From positions 1 through 24,956 of the forward strand of contig LRSL01000014.1 of NCBI GenBank assembly GCA_001563335.1: a stretch of 24,956 nt of DNA, read 5' to 3'. Shown piece by piece: positions 10,401 through 18,630 of this stretch. How positions within the stretch are numbered: position 1 is the first letter of the stretch; every line of letters starts with the position of its first letter. The notes below the pieces were generated by a model. The model saw only the letters and a program-made list of their open reading frames with translations. It did not search any database and was not told the origin of the DNA. Source of the DNA: Candidatus Thorarchaeota archaeon SMTZ1-45. Lineage in GTDB: Archaea; Asgardarchaeota; Thorarchaeia; Thorarchaeales; Thorarchaeaceae. Position numbers and translations under genes: made by a program.

Positions 10401-13400
10401 CCTAGATACTGGAGCGGCGGTATCTGCCTCGTCAGTAGATTACCTTGAGTTTGATTCTAGCTATCCTCTCTTCTTCCTGAACTCTCCCTTTACAACACTC
10501 GCAGTTACTTTACCAACGGGTGATGATTCATGGGCTGTTGGAGTGGAATCTGTAACTCTAAGCATCAATATGATAGGGTCCTCTGTCTATCAAGACCCCT
10601 CAGATTATTTATTCCAGCTCACAATACGAAGCATGACTACCTATCTCTATAATGAACCAAGTGACCTCATCTTTCCGAATGGAGATGATTTCACAATTGT
10701 ACTCTATCTAAATGTCAGTGAGATTGGACCCAATTATGGTAATCCGATAAATGGGCTTGCAGCAGACTTCACTGTTAAGAATTCAACATACACCTATCCT
10801 GCTGTCGTGATTGGTCTAGGAAATGGACGATATAATTTAACTATTGCAGCTTCGTTCTTCCCGGAGGGGACTTATACAATTACTGTAACTGTGAATCCAT
10901 CTGATTCTCGTTACGCAAAAACTCAGTTAGTCATTACCTTTGACTATAGACCAGCTCGCAGTGATCTTACTGCAAACTTGTACACTGTGTCTACCCCATA
11001 TGACCATGACATCACAATAGTATTGTTCTATGAGGACTTAGATCGTGGCGTTGGTATAACAACAGGTGACATAACCTCCCTAGATGCTACAATCTTTGAC
11101 ACGCACACTGGAGGAGGGTATTATGATGTCCTCATTGATGTCAGTGGTCTAGCAGTTGGTACTCATGTTGTCAATCTTGAGGCTAATGCAGCTGGCTATG
11201 ATGCTAGAAGTGTAACAATTACTATCATCATTACAAAGATACACACGGATGCTGAACCTTCCCTGGTTTCGCTAGACATGCCTGTCGGCAGTACAAAGAT
11301 CTTCTACATTGATTTCAATGATCTTGATAACGGTGTCCCAATTAACGTCGCAACCCCAACGAATAATTGGAGTACACCAGCTAATGTCGTTGTTACCTGG
11401 ACTGGGATAACTTGGGAGGTGTCTTTTACAACAACTGGTTCCGATGCCCTCGGTACATACATTGTATGGTTCAACTTCGATGAGGGAAGCGGAAACTACT
11501 ATGATGGTTTCTGCGAGATTGAAGTAGTAGTACGTAGTCACGTGACAATTTTCAATCTTGTGAGCGCGATAGAGCCAACCCCCTACAATGGTATTGTCAA
11601 CATCTCTCTGCGATACTATGATTGGGATGGCAAAGTAGGCATTACTGATGATAGCAACATTCTTTCTCGTGTCTGGAATCAAACCAACTGGATAACTCAC
11701 ACCTTAGTCAATGATGGAAGTGGTTACTATACAATTCAGATTAATGCCACCCTATTTGGTCAAGGTGTTCAGAATTTCATCATTTACTTCGATTGGATCG
11801 GACCTGTTCAACAATTTGAAAATAAGTCTACCAATGCATCTGGAAATATCATAGGGATTGACTCTCGACTCACTCTACTTCAATCCTCGGAACCAACGCC
11901 ATATCTTGGGTCAATGCTCTATATCTTCAACTATGCTGAAACCGGTGGCGCTGGCATCACAAATACAAGTTATGGAGGAGGAAATGTCCATATCTATGTC
12001 AACTTCCAGGGACAAATAGTAGATTTAGGTCAAATCACTATAACAGAAATCGATCCTGTGTTGCAGCCTGGAAACTATTCCATTTCATTCAGTACTACAA
12101 TATTTGGTAGAACTGGTCTAATCTACATGAACGTTTACATCAATTGGACCGCAGGCGTAGCTCCATTCTATACAAATCGATTCGATGTCATCTCAGTTAG
12201 GATTCTACCACGTGATACAGTTTTATCTGTCGTACCTCCGACGCCTCAGGCTTATGGCGAGAATGCTACATTCTCATTCACATTTGAAGATGTGACTGGC
12301 GGCGCAAGTGTACCAATCGATGATGATCCTGCATTAGATGTCAGCTTAAGCCTTTCTGATTACACACTCACCTGGAATGGTGGGACACATGAATTTACAA
12401 TTTCCTTCAATACAAGTCAATTTGGAGCACCATTAGGTCAAAAGTCATTCACACTCAGTGTTACATGGGCTGGTGCACCTTACTACAATAACCGAACTGG
12501 TCGAACAGTCTTCGTCATGGTGACTACTAGACAGACAGTCTTTGATTATCAATCACCTGCACCTACAGCATATCTGAATAATGTCACCATCAACCTTGAA
12601 TGGACTGATGTTTCAGGAGCTGCAACAAGAGGAATCGAAGGAGCTATGGTCACTCTATTTAATGCCATATTTCCAATTCCCAGTGTTTACTACACTGTAC
12701 GAGATTTAGGTAATGGTATGTATGAAGTTGAACTTAACACAACCGCATACTCCAACCCCGCAGATTATGAATTAACAATTGAAATGTCGACAAGTTATTT
12801 CTATCTCAATAATGTAAGTTCTATGCGTATTCTGAAAGTCCTCTATAGGTCCTCACTTCTATCTGCTGAACCAATTGGACCAGCACCCTACAATTCCTCT
12901 CTTGTATATATACTAGACTTCCAAGATCGTTTAACTTTAGATACGATTGGCAATGATACATTAAAAGTCACCCTCACAATTCTGAATGGAAGTAGTTGGT
13001 ACTTCAACATTGAATGGAAACCAGCATTTCAATACTATGAGTTGACGATTGAAACTTACAACCATCCTGAGCTTGTCATTGGACTTGAGTATACATTGAG
13101 GATTCAAGCTTCATATGCGAATCAAGCTCCCTTCTATGGTTCTGATGATACATACGTATTCTTTGAACTTAGAACCCGTTCCTCAATTGTGACTCTGGTT
13201 GAATCTCCAGACCCAACACCATATCTCGAGGACGCACAATTCAGAGTTAGGTATGTCGATTCTGATAGCGGAAAAGGAATATTAGCGTCCAGCATATCGC
13301 TGTACAAGAGTGGAATTCCATTAACCGAAGGAGTTCACTATGTTCTTACAAACCAAGGAAATGGCTACTATCTATTCACATTGGAAACGACTGCATTGGA

Positions 13401-16400
13401 TGGTCTAGCTTATACCACTGTCCAAGTGCGTGCAATCTGGAGTGGCGGAGCTCCATATCATGATAATGCTAATCTAAATGTCGATGTATACGTGACCAGA
13501 CGAGAGGCTAATGTTGAAATCATAACACCGCCCACTCAAGCTAGATATCTAGACAATGTTACATTCCAATTCGTATACAGGGATCTTGGTAGCGGGGTAG
13601 TGATTACTACTATTACTTCATCAGAAATTGAGGTCTGGGCTGCAGGTATTTTGTTAGCATTAGGTCAATACATGATAACTGGAATTGCCGGTACATTCAC
13701 AGTAGAGGTCAATTCAACTGTACTTAGTCCTGGGTTGGTAACCAGCTATAACATAACAATTCGAGTTGATTGGGATGACGGAAGTGCTCCCTATTACTTT
13801 GATGATTCAACAATTGTTAGAGTTTCAACTAGATCAAGATTGATGTCATATACAGTGTTATCTGCTGAAGAAACAGCATTTGGGGAACTACTCAATTTGT
13901 CCTTTACATTGTTGGATGCAGACTCAAGCAACCCGGTGATTGATGCTCTGATATCTTTCGATCTTAAAACGGGTGGTCTAGTAGAAGGTGTCGATTTCAT
14001 TGTAATTAAAGGAATAGGAATCTATACGATCCAGATTGATACAACTGCCTTAGGTGTTCCCGGAACGTATCTGTTTGATCTTGATGTTGGATGGAATGGG
14101 TCCTCCCCATATTATCTTGGATTACCAACGATTACTATGACTGGAATTGTTTCCAAGATTGATACGCTCTTTGTCCCATTGGCTGATCTTGTTACAGGAC
14201 AGTGGCAGAGTTCGGCTTCTATCACTCTAAATTACACCAGCCTTCTTGATGGTAGCCCCGTATTAGGAGCAGAAATGAAATGGATATGGAATGAAGCATT
14301 CATCTATGCTGGACCTGCAGGGGAGATTGGAAGTGGACTATATCAAGCTGATATCGATACATCACTTGCTGACGCTGGTACATATGTGATAACTTTCATT
14401 ATAGAAAATCTGACCGCTTATAAAGAAGCAGTCGCGTACGTGACACTCGTCATTACAAACCTTGATAGTCAATTGACTCTGATAGACCCAGCCCTACCAG
14501 TAATTAGCGTTAATCGAGGTGCGGCCCTAATAATAACTGTCTACTTTATTGACGGGACCAGTAATCCAATCTCTCATTCAATTGATACTCAGGTCGTGGC
14601 AACTATTGAAGGTGTGTCCTTCCCATTAACATACAATGGTACTCCTGGGTACTATACAGTTACACTTCCCGAGAACGATGAAACTGCGACAAAAAGAGCT
14701 CCTCGAACGCCCTATAATGTAATCATTTCTGCAACAACAAAGAATTATGATCCCGCATTATCCTCGGTTACCTTCTATGTACTTCAGTCAGCAACCGAGA
14801 TTCAATTAGGACTCAATATGGCAGAAGAAATGACATTTGTGTACTCTGAAATGGGTTTACTTACAGTAAATGTAGTCATAGATGCAGGTGATATACCATT
14901 CTGGAATGGTACAGTACAGTGGTCGATACAAGATTTAGGGTTGATTGATAACTTTACCATCGACTATGGGAATGGTACGTTTAGTACCTACTTGGATACT
15001 ACAACAATTGGCTATGGGATTGTACCCATTATGCTAAGATTCATTCCTTGGAACAATATGTCTCTCTATGCAACATCATTAAAATTAATCACCGTGGCAA
15101 TAACTCGTATACAAACTTCTGTAACTCCCCCCTCTGGCCGCGAATTTTATTGGGGTTGGAGTGGTTATCTTGAGTTTATATACTGGTCAGAATCATTTGG
15201 AACAGGAATCCCTGATGCAGATGTAACTCTGACACTACCTGGATTAGAATCATCAGTAGCAATTGATCTTAACAATGGAACTTATCTTGTCTTTCTAAAT
15301 ACAACATTGCTCAGAGGAAGTTCAAGCTACTTACCACTAACAGTGAGTTTCACAAAAGCCAATCATCTTGAAGCAAATGCGATTATCCAGATTCGAATCT
15401 TAGAAGTTCCCACAGAGATTTCGGTTGAATCCGTCGAATATACCCCCTCTTATGCTGGTACCTTAGAGGATTTGATCAATCTTCAGATACCTATTGGAGA
15501 TTCGATGGCAATTGATTTCTGGTACAATGATACGGATAACTCTGAGGGCTTTGTTGGCGGATTGTTTGGGGCAACTTCCACACCAAATAGCTATCTTCGA
15601 GGTCCAACTATAGATGGGTATCTCAATGTGACAGTTATTACTCTTGGAGGTGGACTCTATAGAGTTGTCTTTGATACGATGGACGCTATCATTGCAGCTC
15701 AGGCAAGTTCAGAAGAGTATCGACTCTATATCGAGATGACGCTGAGTAATCGTTCCACAACAGACATTCTGTTTAAAATTGGGGTCATCAATATACCTGC
15801 TGAACTAATCATTATAGGAACACCTCCCACAATAATTACTAATGGTGAAATTATCACTTTGGAACTCTTCTATCATGATATTTGGCACAACCTTGGTATT
15901 TCTAGCGCTACTTCTACTGCTAATGTTAGTGCTGGTTCACCATTCTCCGCCCAGATTGAAGCGGGCTCAGCAGCTGGACAGTATTTCTTGAGCTTAAACA
16001 CTCGTGGACTTATGCTGAGTCCGGGATCTGGAACTGTTACAATCAATCTAAATGCTGAGTCATATTCTCTTGGTTCCGCATTACTTTTTATTGAAGTCCT
16101 TCAAAACAACGTAGATGTTTTGGTCACTAATGGAATCACATTTGGTCTTCCAATCGTGCTAATTATTGCAATCTTAGGATTTGCTTACATGAGAGTTTGG
16201 AGTGTGCCAAAACAGCTCAGAATGATCAACAATCAGATTAAAATCATCAAGAAAGGCAAAATACCCAAACCTGTGAAAGAAGTACGTAGTCGTCAAAAAA
16301 TCATTGCAGATCTATATACTGACACATACGAAAAGTTGGGAATGACTCGCCCTGTCGATGCTTTTCCTGAGGAGTCCATTCCTGTAGAAGTGCCAGAGCT

Positions 16401-16959
16401 TGGCGGGCTTTTAATTCAACTTTCAATCCTTACCAACCTCAATCAACAAGAACTCGATGATTTCAAGGCTGATATTGCCAAGATGAAGATGAGTGAGCAG
16501 GCTGCATTTGTTAAGGAAGTCATTATGCAGGAAGCTATTCGCGCAGCGAGGCGAGAAGGAATAACTGTTGAAGAAACCATTGAGCGAATACAGAAAGAAG
16601 CTTCTCAGAGGCTCGCTGGTGAGGAAGGTAGAAGAACTCCTGAAGATACCCTAGATGAAGAACCTGAAGAGCTTGAAGAAGAACCAGTGTTCCTTGCACC
16701 TCGAAAGAAAGAACCAGATGTTGAACTGGATGTAGAACCAGATGAGCCAGATGTACCAACTGAGGATTTCAGCTTTTCAAGTGACCAAATGAGTCCATTC
16801 GAAATAGAAGAGCTTCGAAAAGAGTTGCTTGAGAAAGGTGTGCCTTTGGCTGAGATTGACATCATCATCAAACAGGCTGGTGAGCTACCAAGAGAACTCA
16901 TTGAAGAGCTCGTTAGAAGTTTGGATGTTGAGAAGTCCAGGAAAGGCAAGAAAATCTAG
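7471..16959 (+). CDS. Giant type-I membrane/surface protein B: signal peptide, DUF2341 + LamG/concanavalin-A-like head, ~21 Ig-like repeats, TM helix, conserved cytoplasmic tail
   Basis: Signal peptide MRKSCLFSLIFVALFVFSLA (start could be ATG 7471, 7480 or 7483). DUF2341-like YKKDITID..NNFPVLI..GDDILF..AWVK..SMYYGN at ~8206-8470. LamG-like VWHLDE..FDGSNDQI..ISGWFK..WYY..FDGVMDEVRVS at ~8500-9255. TM GITFGLPIVLIIAILGFAYM at ~16130-16190. Collinear paralog of gene A. Confidence 0.95.
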   Translation: MVPMMRKSCLFSLIFVALFVFSLADLSGSGVPTVDRGLLVNSQYQVSEAGGAYVGTGSPLTVSFSGTFTNSSSWSQTTTTLSSSFTSGTSFVVTNSSTVAWTAYILVSPPAEVESLSFNVDYQETEWRPISLTNPIGVVMSYPTEWWYETGLVFVSQSAVTTHGLWKLEFVAMNHLFNLELGPSSGPLGSTSTFGLSDEMLFRSTSSWITGASTKFVLTDPTGSEWYFATNTTSGSPTHILQSFRYKKDITIDRTRHLATSVNNFPVLIDITDSDLQTDVQNDGDDILFVSGGHILSHQIELFEKATGHLVAWVKTNLTGSVNTVVSMYYGNPLLGNMENPADVWTESFAAVWHLDEDATAGQTTATHYDSTSEGYDGTQNGNFDDSGRVGLGQHFDGSNDQIVILASEVLEPAGDVEISGWFKLDVAHTSTSTTTKLLFTKMLDGDNDMHIALVGTDYTTAAATDGSLVFKTENGGNGQMYKWTSQTSWQAGVWYYFSCFMDASTPSNNRIQVNGVVDVAGSSGGITYADLSFTADWGIGGGLIDQISGNLAWFDGVMDEVRVSATTTANGRSTAWRAAEYQNLNSPSTFYSIGPEQERTSPDSQIKKTVDVTALAGSWVVSGYYNDSGSSVNYRVGMYERTFVIKHASSLSLTAPTDAVADSITVATIGDSVYVQVELTDGITASGVAGSIMTTNWTIYGSGTNLQFHDEGGGLYGLVLNTSHLENNIRWRLNILSSHPYYTDASTTLYIDLNHDTSLDYTNITSTPTGFDFTATLFFTDTFNNGRISGATITLANGTVISPDAEGNGQYNISIPTSSLTPGIYWYIINATKPGSLYEMASVNITFILRPHYTAASVSGDLLTPWGFDTPLTVVLIDLDTGGFVDISNVDSITLTPSGYGPQVFGTYSLTLDTDLWTVGVADVTLTISMSSSNYYEPDAYVFQITIRKHYTSATVVGNLVTPYGNNTPLTVMITDLDTGAAVSASSVDYLEFDSSYPLFFLNSPFTTLAVTLPTGDDSWAVGVESVTLSINMIGSSVYQDPSDYLFQLTIRSMTTYLYNEPSDLIFPNGDDFTIVLYLNVSEIGPNYGNPINGLAADFTVKNSTYTYPAVVIGLGNGRYNLTIAASFFPEGTYTITVTVNPSDSRYAKTQLVITFDYRPARSDLTANLYTVSTPYDHDITIVLFYEDLDRGVGITTGDITSLDATIFDTHTGGGYYDVLIDVSGLAVGTHVVNLEANAAGYDARSVTITIIITKIHTDAEPSLVSLDMPVGSTKIFYIDFNDLDNGVPINVATPTNNWSTPANVVVTWTGITWEVSFTTTGSDALGTYIVWFNFDEGSGNYYDGFCEIEVVVRSHVTIFNLVSAIEPTPYNGIVNISLRYYDWDGKVGITDDSNILSRVWNQTNWITHTLVNDGSGYYTIQINATLFGQGVQNFIIYFDWIGPVQQFENKSTNASGNIIGIDSRLTLLQSSEPTPYLGSMLYIFNYAETGGAGITNTSYGGGNVHIYVNFQGQIVDLGQITITEIDPVLQPGNYSISFSTTIFGRTGLIYMNVYINWTAGVAPFYTNRFDVISVRILPRDTVLSVVPPTPQAYGENATFSFTFEDVTGGASVPIDDDPALDVSLSLSDYTLTWNGGTHEFTISFNTSQFGAPLGQKSFTLSVTWAGAPYYNNRTGRTVFVMVTTRQTVFDYQSPAPTAYLNNVTINLEWTDVSGAATRGIEGAMVTLFNAIFPIPSVYYTVRDLGNGMYEVELNTTAYSNPADYELTIEMSTSYFYLNNVSSMRILKVLYRSSLLSAEPIGPAPYNSSLVYILDFQDRLTLDTIGNDTLKVTLTILNGSSWYFNIEWKPAFQYYELTIETYNHPELVIGLEYTLRIQASYANQAPFYGSDDTYVFFELRTRSSIVTLVESPDPTPYLEDAQFRVRYVDSDSGKGILASSISLYKSGIPLTEGVHYVLTNQGNGYYLFTLETTALDGLAYTTVQVRAIWSGGAPYHDNANLNVDVYVTRREANVEIITPPTQARYLDNVTFQFVYRDLGSGVVITTITSSEIEVWAAGILLALGQYMITGIAGTFTVEVNSTVLSPGLVTSYNITIRVDWDDGSAPYYFDDSTIVRVSTRSRLMSYTVLSAEETAFGELLNLSFTLLDADSSNPVIDALISFDLKTGGLVEGVDFIVIKGIGIYTIQIDTTALGVPGTYLFDLDVGWNGSSPYYLGLPTITMTGIVSKIDTLFVPLADLVTGQWQSSASITLNYTSLLDGSPVLGAEMKWIWNEAFIYAGPAGEIGSGLYQADIDTSLADAGTYVITFIIENLTAYKEAVAYVTLVITNLDSQLTLIDPALPVISVNRGAALIITVYFIDGTSNPISHSIDTQVVATIEGVSFPLTYNGTPGYYTVTLPENDETATKRAPRTPYNVIISATTKNYDPALSSVTFYVLQSATEIQLGLNMAEEMTFVYSEMGLLTVNVVIDAGDIPFWNGTVQWSIQDLGLIDNFTIDYGNGTFSTYLDTTTIGYGIVPIMLRFIPWNNMSLYATSLKLITVAITRIQTSVTPPSGREFYWGWSGYLEFIYWSESFGTGIPDADVTLTLPGLESSVAIDLNNGTYLVFLNTTLLRGSSSYLPLTVSFTKANHLEANAIIQIRILEVPTEISVESVEYTPSYAGTLEDLINLQIPIGDSMAIDFWYNDTDNSEGFVGGLFGATSTPNSYLRGPTIDGYLNVTVITLGGGLYRVVFDTMDAIIAAQASSEEYRLYIEMTLSNRSTTDILFKIGVINIPAELIIIGTPPTIITNGEIITLELFYHDIWHNLGISSATSTANVSAGSPFSAQIEAGSAAGQYFLSLNTRGLMLSPGSGTVTINLNAESYSLGSALLFIEVLQNNVDVLVTNGITFGLPIVLIIAILGFAYMRVWSVPKQLRMINNQIKIIKKGKIPKPVKEVRSRQKIIADLYTDTYEKLGMTRPVDAFPEESIPVEVPELGGLLIQLSILTNLNQQELDDFKADIAKMKMSEQAAFVKEVIMQEAIRAARREGITVEETIERIQKEASQRLAGEEGRRTPEDTLDEEPEELEEEPVFLAPRKKEPDVELDVEPDEPDVPTEDFSFSSDQMSPFEIEELRKELLEKGVPLAEIDIIIKQAGELPRELIEELVRSLDVEKSRKGKKI

Positions 16960-17732
16960 TCATCCAATGTTTCCTCTTTGCTCGCAAGGAAATATGAGAG
17001 CGGCAGAGTGGTCCCAGACGAGATAATCTTTATTCTGTTAGTCCTTCTAACAGGATATTGAGGATGTTTGGCCAGAGTGTAGACTCGTCTTGACTTTGAC
17101 TCTGAAACATGAACATGTACTTGGGCTGCACCTGTAAGTGTTCTTCCGCCCTGTGGAAAATTTGGTTTTCTTATCGAAACTGGCGCAGACACAAGAGAGA
17201 ATATTCCTCTGCGAAGTGTAAGAGTTGATATTTTCGATGCCATGTGGGAAATCTCTTGCATTCCCTCTCCCTTTAGTCCTTCTTCCAGATATAACTGAGG
17301 AAGTCCTGTCACCATTAGGACTCTTGCAGGGACTGTGTTAAGAAATCCCTCAAGTTGATTCATCACAAGGTCATACGTCTGAGGTGAGTTGAACGCTCGA
17401 GAGATGTAGATTCGTTCCAAAGCTGTTTCTGGTTCTATATCATACTCATACGCAAGCTGCGTGAACTTCTCCAGTTTGATAATGTTTGCACTGTCGATGA
17501 TTATCGTAGGTGTTTCCAATCCTCCCTTATCAAGTGAGGTCTGCACTTTCACTGCAATACGTTGAAAGTCATCATGTAGTGACCTATCACCATAGAAGAG
17601 ATGAACTAATCCAGACTCAAGTCCACCCCCGAGGAGGCTGTCAAGTGCTACTATTCCCGTTTCAACTTTTACACTCATGAACTCGTCTGCAGTATGAAAA
17701 CCTGGTCGCAGTGGAGTTTCAGGCAATCTCAT
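16956..17732 (-). CDS. Inactivated RadA/Rad51-family paralog (RecA fold, no N-terminal HhH domain, degenerate Walker A/B)
   Basis: RadA hallmarks: ETGIVALDSLLGGGLESG, IAVKVQ..KGGL, IIIDS, ALERIYISRAFNS.Q, GGRTL, LAKHP. The Walker A position reads YGDRSLHDD (no GKT) and Walker B reads VLMVTG (no D). Confidence 0.88.
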   Translation of the reverse strand: MRLPETPLRPGFHTADEFMSVKVETGIVALDSLLGGGLESGLVHLFYGDRSLHDDFQRIAVKVQTSLDKGGLETPTIIIDSANIIKLEKFTQLAYEYDIEPETALERIYISRAFNSPQTYDLVMNQLEGFLNTVPARVLMVTGLPQLYLEEGLKGEGMQEISHMASKISTLTLRRGIFSLVSAPVSIRKPNFPQGGRTLTGAAQVHVHVSESKSRRVYTLAKHPQYPVRRTNRIKIISSGTTLPLSYFLASKEETLDD

Positions 17733-17758
17733 CTCACTGATTAGTTAATGGCCAGTCC

Positions 17759-17765
17759 AATATAA
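17759..17765 (-). promoter_or_regulatory. Putative TATA box of the radA-like gene
   Basis: TTATATT on the minus strand ~27 nt upstream of ATG 17732, typical spacing for a leaderless archaeal transcript. Confidence 0.5.
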
Positions 17766-17860
17766 CCACCCCCAGAAGGACGAAAGATAGGTTTCCGAAT
17801 CAGGTAATTGTTTTAAGGGACAACCAATAATATATTGTATCCACGCCGGGAGGATGCAGC

Positions 17861-18073
17861 GTGTCTATGAGGAAAATTCGAGTCTGCCCCAAATGTGGCT
17901 CTGATAAGATCAGTGATGCCAAGACATCAGTTTCTGGATGGCTTGTTCCAACCACGTATTATTGTGAAGAGAAGGATTGTGGCTATTCAGGAACTCTTTA
18001 CGTTGAGATTGACGTAGATGAAGCAGAACAACTAAAACGTGCTATGAATGGAGATACAACTGAAAGTACGTGA
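17861..18073 (+). CDS. Small CPxCG-type zinc-ribbon protein
   Basis: CPKCGS...YYCEEKDCGYSG gives two Cys knuckles. SD-like gggagg at 17848-17853 precedes GTG 17861 (alternative ATG at 17867). Confidence 0.8.
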   Translation: MSMRKIRVCPKCGSDKISDAKTSVSGWLVPTTYYCEEKDCGYSGTLYVEIDVDEAEQLKRAMNGDTTEST

Positions 18074-18157
18074 AAGAACCGTAAATTCATGAGAATTCTA
18101 CCAAGAGTAAATGTCTTAAGTAGCCGTCAAACAGACAAAAACTAAGGTGACATTACC

Positions 18158-18583
18158 ATGGTAACTTACGAGGGTTTCGATTTCCCTGATGATCTACACT
18201 ATACAGAGGACCAGATCTGGGTCAAGAAGGAAGGAGGCAAAGTCAGAATTGGCTTTACATCCTTTGGCATGGACCTAGCTGGCAAAATCAAGTTCGTCAG
18301 ACTGAGACCAGCTGGCAAAGCTATCGCTGTTGGGCGTAGCATTGGTACACTGGAATCAGGAAAATGGACCGGCCCAGTAAAGGCCCCTGTTGGCGGAACC
18401 ATTACTGAGGTCAACGATGCACTCAAGGACAATCCAGGACTTCTGAATGATGATCCCTATGGGGCAGGTTGGGTTGCAGTTCTAGAGCCTGACAACTTGG
18501 ATGCAGATCTTGCAAACATTCAAGGCGCAGCTGGATTAGAAGACTGGGTCAAGAAGGAATTTGCAGAGAAGAAAGCTGCATAA
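18158..18583 (+). CDS. gcvH: Glycine cleavage system H protein / lipoyl-carrier protein
   Basis: FPDDLHYT..WVK..VRIG.T, lipoyl-lysine in GTLESGKWTG, APVGGTITEVN, LLNDDPYGAGW. SD aaggtga at ~18144-18150. Confidence 0.93.
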   Translation: MVTYEGFDFPDDLHYTEDQIWVKKEGGKVRIGFTSFGMDLAGKIKFVRLRPAGKAIAVGRSIGTLESGKWTGPVKAPVGGTITEVNDALKDNPGLLNDDPYGAGWVAVLEPDNLDADLANIQGAAGLEDWVKKEFAEKKAA

Positions 18584-18591
18584 TCCATAGA

Positions 18592-18630
18592 ATGAAGGGC
18601 CGGGTTTCCGGCCATCATCCTTTCTTCTTT
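18592..18630 (+). terminator. GC-rich hairpin plus pyrimidine tract between convergent gcvH and cdc6-like genes
   Basis: ggccgg-gttt-ccggcc (18598-18613), extended by atga/tcat, then cctttcttcttt. Confidence 0.65.

Noticed and set aside
374-17026. Numerous 60-142 aa ORFs nested in or antisense to the two giant genes
   Set aside because: They fully overlap long, clearly coding ORFs and carry no motifs. The Ser-rich 16605-16949 ORF is simply the antisense shadow of the Glu-rich tail.
18590-18620. Hairpin beginning with ATGA in the gcvH 3' UTR as a possible SECIS element
   Set aside because: There is no matching GA quartet on the 3' arm and no apical AA, the stem is too short, and gcvH has no in-frame UGA. 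A terminator explains it.
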